10,876 nucleotides of DNA from Promethearchaeota archaeon (GTDB lineage Archaea; Asgardarchaeota; Thorarchaeia; Thorarchaeales; Thorarchaeaceae). The DNA is taken from positions 1 to 10,876 of the forward strand of contig WJMJ01000164.1 of NCBI GenBank assembly GCA_014728035.1. Direction: 5' to 3'. Shown piece by piece: positions 1 through 6,487 of the stretch. A program made the translations under genes and the position numbers. The notes under the pieces are model-generated. The model did not search any database, was not told the origin of the DNA, and saw nothing but the letters and a program-made list of their open reading frames with translations. Position 1 is the first letter of the stretch. Each line of letters begins with the position of its first letter.

Positions 1-1587
1 ATATACGATGAACATTCTGTTTATGTCCCCCATGGAGACCTCGACATTCCAGAGCTCAACGAGGACGTGAAACTCGTCGTCATCAAAGGTTACACAAAGG
101 CTGAGTTACAGAAGAAGATTCTTGCTCTATTGGAGAGTGGCGTGGCTCTTGCAGAGGACACTCAAAAGGACATCATCGATGTCGCAACATTCGTTCAACT
201 CCCTGAGAAAGAAATTCATAGTATCAAGAACAGAGAAGTAAAGATTGCTCTGTATGATGCTTTTGGAATTGTACCTGAAGACCCGTTTGAATTCCTACGG
301 TATGTGCTGTTTAAGACTACAGACTCTACCCTACTTATCAAGAATAAAGAGACCTTTACTGTAATTCAAGAAAATGCTAGCTTAGGTGTGGATTTGTTCA
401 AGACCTACCAGAAAGAGCATGGTCTAAAAAGATTAGCAGAGATATTCTACCGTTTCAAACCCTTGTTCCTCGCGTTTCGTTCTGATAAGACCCTCAGACC
501 AATCATCAACAAGATTCGACGATTGGCAGTAAAACATCACAAACCATTACGAATTGATTTTCTCAACGAGATCACAGCCATGCTCAAGCACGGTCACGAG
601 ATTTCCACCGAGAAACTGCAAATAGAACTGAACAAGGTCAACATCTTTAGAAAGATTCGTCTAGCACAAGCCTTGAAATATCGCTTGCATGAAGAAACCA
701 CGTCAATCATCTACAAGATACGAAATGGGAAGGCTTTTGCCACAGAATTCAGCTTTGAAAATAGAGCCAGCATTGACGATATTCTAGCTATCGTCTTAGA
801 TTCAATTATTGTGGATATCAGAAAGAACGTGGACGGCAAGAAGATCTACATCCCCGAAGGGGTCACGTATGCATTACCTTCGAGTGAAAAACAGTTCACT
901 GGCAATCTTCCATGTGGAACAAGTGTAAAGATTGGAGATGATATGATCTTCGGCATCCACTGGGAGAACATAGAAAATGCACAGATTGATCTTGACCTAT
1001 CTCTTATCAATAAGGACGGATTGAAGATAGGATGGGACGGGTCGTACCGTGACTCGGAGAGAACCATCTTATTCTCAGGAGACCTGACAGATGCCCCACC
1101 GCCAAAGGGTGCATCAGAGTTGATCTACATCAACCGAGGAAATGATGATACGTACACACCCTATATCCTGTTCGTCAACTATTACAACTTCAATGACAGT
1201 CTTCCCGTACCATTCAAGATTCTCGTTGCCAATGAGTCAGTGACCAGTCTTGAGTCTAACCATATGGTTGACCCTAATTCTATCGAGTGTATCACAACAT
1301 CAAAGATGGATAGAAGACAGAAGATGTTAGGGTTGGTCGTGACTGGACCAGATGGGTGTATATTCTACTTCAATGAGAGTAACCTTGGTGCGTCTATCAC
1401 ATCAGCATCAAGACCATTCTCACAGCATGCCAGACAGTACCTGTTTGATTACTCACCGAACATGTTGACCCTAAATGATGTATTGACCCAGTCTGGTGCT
1501 ATCATGATTGACACAAGGAAAGACGCAGATATTGACCTATCCCCAGAGAGTCTTGAGAAGGACACGATACTTGCTTTGTTATCATAA
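1..1587 (+). CDS. 5'-truncated large protein with C-terminal TerD-like domain (Ter/stress-response-associated family)
   Basis: Frame +1 is open from base 1 (IYDEHSVYVPHGDLDIPELNED precedes the GTG at 67), so the true start lies upstream of the window. C-terminal motifs FGIHWEN, IDLDLSL, IGWDGSYR and FSGDLTDAPPPKGASE resemble TerD-family DLDLS and SGD...GxxE motifs. Ends TAA at 1585-1587, followed by TAG. Confidence 0.7.
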   Translation: MYDEHSVYVPHGDLDIPELNEDVKLVVIKGYTKAELQKKILALLESGVALAEDTQKDIIDVATFVQLPEKEIHSIKNREVKIALYDAFGIVPEDPFEFLRYVLFKTTDSTLLIKNKETFTVIQENASLGVDLFKTYQKEHGLKRLAEIFYRFKPLFLAFRSDKTLRPIINKIRRLAVKHHKPLRIDFLNEITAMLKHGHEISTEKLQIELNKVNIFRKIRLAQALKYRLHEETTSIIYKIRNGKAFATEFSFENRASIDDILAIVLDSIIVDIRKNVDGKKIYIPEGVTYALPSSEKQFTGNLPCGTSVKIGDDMIFGIHWENIENAQIDLDLSLINKDGLKIGWDGSYRDSERTILFSGDLTDAPPPKGASELIYINRGNDDTYTPYILFVNYYNFNDSLPVPFKILVANESVTSLESNHMVDPNSIECITTSKMDRRQKMLGLVVTGPDGCIFYFNESNLGASITSASRPFSQHARQYLFDYSPNMLTLNDVLTQSGAIMIDTRKDADIDLSPESLEKDTILALLS

Positions 1588-1606
1588 TAGTCCGTATTCC
1601 GTATTG

Positions 1607-1613
1607 TTTTATA
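1607..1613 (+). promoter_or_regulatory. Putative archaeal TATA box (leaderless transcript)
   Basis: TTTTATA ends 24 nt before ATG 1637 and no RBS is evident, which matches archaeal leaderless promoter geometry. Confidence 0.45.
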
Positions 1614-1636
1614 GAACCGACCATAACATCTAAGCT

Positions 1637-2836
1637 ATGACAGATGCTTCAAAGGTATATTTTGGTTCGATAGTTCATGGCAACAAGGGAGCCTTTGCGT
1701 CCATTGCCGTAAAGCTCGACAAGATTCTAGAGAACCTCGACCTCTCGACAATTGAGAAGAAAGACAAGGTAGCCATCAAGATGCACCTTGGATTCCGAGA
1801 CGGATATCAGACAGTTCCAGTGTTCTTTATCCGAAGAGTAGTTCATGCGATAAAAGAGCTCGGTGCATTCCCCTTCATTACAGATAATCCAACAGCAGTC
1901 TACAATGCAGCTGCACGGGGTTACACTGCTGAGACCTGTGGTTGCCCCCTCATCCCTATCGCTGGAGTAAAAGACGGCTACACGGAGAAAGTGGAATTTG
2001 ATTTTCATAATGTTGATACTCTGGAACTAGGTGGTGTACTAAGAGATGCGGATGCGATGATTGACCTATCTCATGCAAAAGGACACAATTCTTGTGGGTA
2101 CGGTGGTGCAATCAAAAACATCGCTCTAGGTGGTTATCATGGTCCGAGTCGTTGGAAGAAAATTCATGGCGTCGAGGCTAGTATACCCTACTGGGACGCT
2201 GACAAGTGCACTCCTGAACATGCAAAGAAATTGGTTGAAGCATGTCCAGATGGTGTCATCAAATACGACGAAGAAGAACACAAACTGACCGTTGGCTTTG
2301 GAATGTGTAATCAATGTCTTGAATGTATGGAAGTAGACAAAGATGTTGGATGTCTTGAACTCAAGCCAGAGAACTATGCACTCTTTCAGGAATTAATGGC
2401 TAGAGGTTCAGAGGCAATCCTCAAGACCTTTGATCAAGACAAGGTGTTCTATCTCAACTTCCTCCTCGATATCACAGCTCTCTGTGATTGCTGGGGAATC
2501 GGACAACCCCATATTGTGAACGATATTGGAATATTGGGAAGCAAAGATATCGTTGCAATCGAGTACGCTACTCTCGACCTCATCAAGAAAGAGGGTCTCA
2601 TCGAGAGGATGATTCCACCCTTCTTCAGAAAGGTGAATCTTGATCCTGAAGCAGACTTGCATCCGTTCCAGCGGATTCACGGTCCTTGGAAAGACCCCTA
2701 TCTAGCTCCGAAATATGCTGAAGAGCTTGGTCTTGGTTCATCAAAGTACGAACTTGTTGAGGTACTCTCACAAGAAGAGACCATGAAGATGAAGCCACCA
2801 ACAGGAGTCCGTGAGACAGAACCTTCATTCTATTGA
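1637..2836 (+). CDS. DUF362 domain Fe-S protein with ferredoxin-like insert (COG2768-like)
   Basis: Motifs KVAIKMHLG, LSHAKGH, GYGGAIKNIALG, CNQCLEC, ACP, LCDCW and DIGILGSKDIVAIE are typical of the family. 399 aa. Confidence 0.88.
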   Translation: MTDASKVYFGSIVHGNKGAFASIAVKLDKILENLDLSTIEKKDKVAIKMHLGFRDGYQTVPVFFIRRVVHAIKELGAFPFITDNPTAVYNAAARGYTAETCGCPLIPIAGVKDGYTEKVEFDFHNVDTLELGGVLRDADAMIDLSHAKGHNSCGYGGAIKNIALGGYHGPSRWKKIHGVEASIPYWDADKCTPEHAKKLVEACPDGVIKYDEEEHKLTVGFGMCNQCLECMEVDKDVGCLELKPENYALFQELMARGSEAILKTFDQDKVFYLNFLLDITALCDCWGIGQPHIVNDIGILGSKDIVAIEYATLDLIKKEGLIERMIPPFFRKVNLDPEADLHPFQRIHGPWKDPYLAPKYAEELGLGSSKYELVEVLSQEETMKMKPPTGVRETEPSFY

Positions 2837-2838
2837 AA

Positions 2839-2855
2839 AGGGAGTTGAACTCCCT
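2839..2855 (+). terminator. Hairpin/palindrome AGGGAGT-TGA-ACTCCCT just after the DUF362 stop
   Basis: Perfect 7-bp inverted repeat starting 3 nt after TGA 2836, followed by pyrimidine-rich CATCTTTCCTT. Confidence 0.5.
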
Positions 2856-2867
2856 CATCTTTCCTTG

Positions 2868-2902
2868 GATAGTATAGGTTGATATATTGAAACTACACTA
2901 TC
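2868..2902. promoter_or_regulatory. Imperfect palindrome upstream of the TA operon (candidate operator)
   Basis: GATAGTATAGGTTGA-tatat-TGAAACTACACTATC: the arms match at 12 of 15 positions and are centred on an AT-rich TATA-like core. Confidence 0.45.
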
Positions 2903-2923
2903 AAAAACTGTTGAGGTAGTATC

Positions 2924-3352
2924 ATGGAGAAAAAAGAGATAGTAAACAGAATCCAGACATTCTTCCAAGATAGAGTGGACGTCATTCTGGTCTATCTCTT
3001 CGGGTCTCACGTCACTGGATATACACATTCTGAGAGTGATATTGACATAGCTGTGATGGTCAAACCAATCAGTACTACTGATGCAGTAGAGCTCATAAAA
3101 GAACTAACAATCAAATTATCAGAGGTATTAGATGAGTGTCCGGTTGATGTTTTGATACTCAATCACACAGATATCCAAATACGGTTCAACATCATAAAAA
3201 CGGGTGAATTGCTTATCAATCGCGATGAGAGAACACGGATTTTCTTTGAGCAGATGACCATTAACGAATATCTTGATACACTTCCTCTGTGGGAATCATA
3301 CGATAGAGTTATGCTTGAAAGAATCAAGGAGGGAAGCTTCGGTGGTAGATAA
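2924..3352 (+). CDS. mntA: Minimal nucleotidyltransferase antitoxin (MntA-type adenylyltransferase)
   Basis: YLFGSHVTGYTHSESDIDIAV fits the GSx10DxD motif, with a downstream VDV acidic motif. RBS GAGGT at 2913-2917. Directly upstream of a HEPN gene. Confidence 0.92.
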   Translation: MEKKEIVNRIQTFFQDRVDVILVYLFGSHVTGYTHSESDIDIAVMVKPISTTDAVELIKELTIKLSEVLDECPVDVLILNHTDIQIRFNIIKTGELLINRDERTRIFFEQMTINEYLDTLPLWESYDRVMLERIKEGSFGGR

Positions 3353-3761
3353 ACAGACCATAATGAAACGGATATCAATGATAGAACGATGTCTACTGGT
3401 TTTAGAAAAAACAAAAGAAAAAGAATTGAAAGTATACATTAATGATTTTCGTGAACAATTGGCATCAGAACGAGCACTCCAAATCGCGATTGAAGCTTGT
3501 ATTGATATTGGCACCCACATCATATCCGCAAGGAAATTTCGCCGTCCAACAGATTATGCAGATGTTTTCATGATACTGCACGAAGAAAATGTCCTCTCAA
3601 GCGAGATTACCGAAAAACTTACAAAAATGGCCAGATTTCGTAATAGACTGGTTCACGCCTATTTGAGTCTTGATCAGGAGGTAGTATTCTCTATCATCAA
3701 TGAAAATCTAGATGATTTCAGAATGTTCCTTTCTGAGATAGCACTTCTATTCGCGACCTAG
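3342..3761 (+). CDS. hepT: HEPN (DUF86) ribonuclease toxin, HepT-type
   Basis: ERALQIAIEACIDIGTHII and FRNRLVHAY (Rx4H-x-Y motif). Start reassigned from 3273 to GTG 3342, which has RBS AAGGAGG at 3326-3332 and overlaps mntA by 11 nt. Confidence 0.92.
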   Translation: MVDKQTIMKRISMIERCLLVLEKTKEKELKVYINDFREQLASERALQIAIEACIDIGTHIISARKFRRPTDYADVFMILHEENVLSSEITEKLTKMARFRNRLVHAYLSLDQEVVFSIINENLDDFRMFLSEIALLFAT

Positions 3762-4021
3762 ACCTGTCCTACACACCTGAAGAATTCCATGATCTTCATT
3801 CCCCATTCGGGGGGAACCTGATGGCCCACGTCCTCTGTGATATGAATCTCAATATCCGGATTCAATTCCAGCAATCGTTCATGGAAAGATTTGAGTTCTT
3901 CATAGCTAAAATTCCTATCATTAGCTCCATGAAAGATGACCAGGTTTGCCTTAGCGAGTTCCACCAGAAATTTGTCCTCTGTGAAATCCTTCACTAGCTT
4001 CATGTCAATATACGTCTTCAT
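3758..4021 (-). pseudogene. C-terminal fragment of an alpha/beta-hydrolase (esterase/peptidase-like), 87 aa
   Basis: LVIFHGAND (catalytic Asp motif) and EDVGHQVP (catalytic His motif) are present, but there is no GxSxG nucleophile elbow in frame. ATG 4021 is preceded by GGTG. The stop overlaps the hepT stop (CTAG at 3758-3761). Confidence 0.55.
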
Positions 4022-4153
4022 GTTTGCACCATAAATCAGATGTGTACAAAGCAAATGCAGCAATAACTTGCCAGCACATCTGTGTGTCAATATGTTTAAT
4101 ATCGCAATCATGATTCATATTGCAAGTCTACACCAATAGTGAGGACGAAAAAT

Positions 4154-4759
4154 TTGGCAGATAGTATACCTGAATATATCAGAGATTTACGTACCGATAT
4201 CGGCGTTGATTTCGTAAAATTATACAAAGGAGGACTTGAGGCTATTGCCACTCTTGCTCCAGACCAATACCCAGCTGTCCTCGCACTAACCATGAAACTT
4301 GGGGAACGTGAATTCAAGGGTATACAAAAATCGCAGCCGAAAGTTCAGCTTATTATCGGAAAAGAAGCCGCAGATCTCACTCATCTTGAAGGTGTAACTA
4401 AGGTCTTTCTTACAGCAGTTCAGTTAGCTGAGATGATACCTGAATACATTGGTCTAGTCACTGCACTTAGCAATCTAGGGATTATCTTTTCAAACAACAG
4501 AGTCTTTGATGTTGCACTTGTATTTGCACAAAGAGCAGTAGAAATTGCTCGGAAGCAGAAGAAAAAAGACATGGAAATAACAGCTCTCAGAGTGACTGGG
4601 ATGATATACACAAACACTAGTCAGACTGAATTACAGATCAAGAACATGGAACGAGTAATCCAATTAAAGAGAGAGACTGGTAAGGAAGAGGAAGCAATGC
4701 AATTAGAATCCCAGCTCGGTGCATTGAAATCGATGTTCAAATTACTAGGCAAAAGCTAA
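4154..4759 (+). CDS. Tetratricopeptide-repeat protein (about 40-aa TPR units)
   Basis: ALSNLGIIF...ALVFAQRAVEIAR and ALRVTGMIY...MERVIQLKR are TPR_12-like units 40 aa apart. TTG 4154 follows GTGAGG; GTG 4139 is an alternative start. Confidence 0.7.
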   Translation: MADSIPEYIRDLRTDIGVDFVKLYKGGLEAIATLAPDQYPAVLALTMKLGEREFKGIQKSQPKVQLIIGKEAADLTHLEGVTKVFLTAVQLAEMIPEYIGLVTALSNLGIIFSNNRVFDVALVFAQRAVEIARKQKKKDMEITALRVTGMIYTNTSQTELQIKNMERVIQLKRETGKEEEAMQLESQLGALKSMFKLLGKS

Positions 4760-4786
4760 TGTTTTATTCTCATTTCTGCTTCTCAA

Positions 4787-4808
4787 GAAAAAGGGAGCCC
4801 CCCTCCCT
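4787..4808 (-). terminator. Hairpin plus U-tract between convergent TPR and GNAT genes
   Basis: The minus strand reads AGGGAG-GGGGG-CTCCCT-TTTTC about 10 nt after the GNAT stop. A T-rich tract at 4760-4782 on + follows the TPR stop. Confidence 0.55.
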
Positions 4809-4817
4809 GTAGAACAT

Positions 4818-5747
4818 CTATCTCTTGAATAGACGAACTTCGTATTCCTCAAGATTGGGTATTACCCTAGCTAGACCGATTGGCTGACCTTCATTTGATG
4901 TGAAGCCAAACCCAGTCTGAATTGGAATGTCATTCCAACCAAGTTCTTCACAATACTTTGCAAATTCAGTAAAGAGTCGATCCCATGCATAGGTGTATCC
5001 TGGACGAATTGCTTGGAATCTCATGATGATTCGTGGATCATTGCCACGTACGATATTGCCATCAGGTTCGAATTTGAGTGGCGCAGTGGCAGCAACAAGA
5101 GTATCACCATCAAAAACAAGCAGTGGTGCTTGAAGTGGAAATACACGTTCTTTGAAGTATGTCTTGAAACCCTCTTCATTTTGGAATGCCGAACGAAGAC
5201 GTTCATCAGCCAAGCTCAATTCAACAAGTTTATCGATGTCATCATCTGTTGCTTTCCTAGCAGTCAACTGAGCTGATTTTCCGGTTATCTCAATCTTTGC
5301 AGCCTTTGAAACATCAACGTCTAAGAGGTATTGATAGATACTATCTTCTCTTCTGAAACCACGTGATTCAAACCATTCAATCTGATCGTCTCGAATCTTT
5401 GAACGAGAAACAACTGCGGTCATTAGAGTATCAATGTCATCAAGTGACTCAAGATATTCCAATTGTTCATTGAATAGTTTCTCTTGCACCTCCTCAGGAC
5501 AATCTGGCATAGCCCATGGATACCCAATGAGAGCCTCCTTTTCGCCAAAATTTGTAAAGGAAGTCACATAAGCTAATGGTTTCCCATCCTTTGTCAGAGC
5601 ATATCGCGTCAAATCTGGGCCTCTTGAAACATTACGTGGACCAATCTGATCAGCTTGAGCAGGAAGTCCCGAAGCCTCAGTGTATATCAGCGCTTGAGCC
5701 TCTTCAAGTCCTTCTCCCTCTTTCCATTTTTTGTATACTACATCCAT
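4818..5747 (-). CDS. Tandem GNAT-fold (N-acetyltransferase-like) protein, 309 aa
   Basis: Two GNAT-like halves (YALTKDGKPLAYV...IGYPW...WFESRGF and ARKATDDDIDKLVEL...LVFDGDTLVAAT). ATG 5747 with upstream GGAG is preferred over 5780. The acetyl-CoA motif is degenerate. Confidence 0.6.
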   Translation of the reverse strand: MDVVYKKWKEGEGLEEAQALIYTEASGLPAQADQIGPRNVSRGPDLTRYALTKDGKPLAYVTSFTNFGEKEALIGYPWAMPDCPEEVQEKLFNEQLEYLESLDDIDTLMTAVVSRSKIRDDQIEWFESRGFRREDSIYQYLLDVDVSKAAKIEITGKSAQLTARKATDDDIDKLVELSLADERLRSAFQNEEGFKTYFKERVFPLQAPLLVFDGDTLVAATAPLKFEPDGNIVRGNDPRIIMRFQAIRPGYTYAWDRLFTEFAKYCEELGWNDIPIQTGFGFTSNEGQPIGLARVIPNLEEYEVRLFKR

Positions 5748-5799
5748 AATAAATTCTCCATAATTTGTTACACATACCATGCGTAATACATACGTTTGT

Positions 5800-5889
5800 G
5801 AATTAAACTAATATATATGGATATATTAAAGCAATAAATGCAAAAAAGAAGATCAATCAAAGAATAGATAGAGGTAATAGCTTTGATTG
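5800..5889. promoter_or_regulatory. Divergent promoter region with two inverted repeats
   Basis: Very AT-rich. Contains TAATATAT-atgg-ATATATTA (5809-5828) and CAATCAAAG-N18-CTTTGATTG (5854-5889). Confidence 0.5.
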
Positions 5890-5908
5890 TTAGAGTCGGT
5901 GTAATATC

Positions 5909-6076
5909 TTGATAGAAGAATATCCTCCCAAATGTCCTAGATGCAATTCACGGGAAATCATAATTAAAACAAAGCACGAATACACCGGAGGAGGATACGC
6001 AGACAGATGGGATGAGTTCTATTGCGAAGATTGCGATTACGAATGGAAATCTGAAACCACATCAGATTATGCATAG
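5909..6076 (+). CDS. Zinc-ribbon microprotein A (55 aa, CxxC-x26-CxxC); not in ORF track
   Basis: Manual translation from TTG 5909 gives MIEEYPPKCPRCNSREIIIKTKHEYTGGGYADRWDEFYCEDCDYEWKSETTSDYA*. GGTG lies at 5898-5901. Paralogous to the next ORF. Confidence 0.82.
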   Translation: MIEEYPPKCPRCNSREIIIKTKHEYTGGGYADRWDEFYCEDCDYEWKSETTSDYA

Positions 6077-6088
6077 GAGATTCACAAA

Positions 6089-6262
6089 ATGCCAAATGAA
6101 AATACTCTCTTCTGTCCCAAATGTGCTTCAAGAGACATCTACATTGAATACCATCGAGAAAAGACGGAGGGGGAATACGATGAGAGATGGGATGAGTATT
6201 TCTGCAATTCATGTGAATACGGATGGAATTCACGAATAGATTCAGAAGTAAATCAGGTGTAA
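6089..6262 (+). CDS. Zinc-ribbon microprotein B (57 aa, CxxC-x26-CxxC); not in ORF track
   Basis: MPNENTLFCPKCASRDIYIEYHREKTEGEYDERWDEYFCNSCEYGWNSRIDSEVNQV*. RBS AGGAGA (6075-6080) overlaps the stop of A. 20 of 40 core residues are identical to A without gaps. Confidence 0.85.
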   Translation: MPNENTLFCPKCASRDIYIEYHREKTEGEYDERWDEYFCNSCEYGWNSRIDSEVNQV

Positions 6263-6307
6263 TAACAATCGGAAAATAACTACAGCCGAGCTGCTCCACA
6301 ATTGATA

Positions 6308-6320
6308 TCTTCTTTTTTCT
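6308..6320 (+). terminator. Oligo-T tract, candidate archaeal terminator
   Basis: CTTCTTTTTTTCT lies about 45 nt after the stop of microprotein B. Confidence 0.35.
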
Positions 6321-6487
6321 CAAATTTCGTATTGCTATCTAAGTAAATCCAAGAACTGAAAGATACAAGTATCAGATGACAATGAATCTTCAAGTATATC
6401 AGAATTGACCAAAATCATTATCTCTTTTCGAATGACTGTTGATTACAATACTTAGGTATTTTGTAAATTAGAATCAGGCGAATATCT

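Noticed and set aside
1591-1604. TCCGTAT tandem duplication
   Set aside because: Two 7-mers only; too short to interpret.
3273-3341. Longer N-terminus for the HEPN toxin
   Set aside because: It would overlap mntA by 80 nt. GTG 3342 has a strong RBS and gives a typical DUF86 length.
4166-4446. 11-bp direct repeat ATACCTGAATA (IPEY twice) in the TPR gene
   Set aside because: Only two short in-frame copies with no flanking similarity, so chance or ancient repeat ancestry suffices.
6074-6091. TAG readthrough fusing microproteins A and B (same frame)
   Set aside because: B has its own AGGAGA RBS and ATG, and TAG serves as the normal stop for hepT and the GNAT gene in this window.
5964-6323. ORF-track calls 6012..6239 (+) and 5964..6323 (-)
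   Set aside because: These are shadow frames over the two zinc-ribbon genes. Their internal repetition simply mirrors the real 180-bp duplication.
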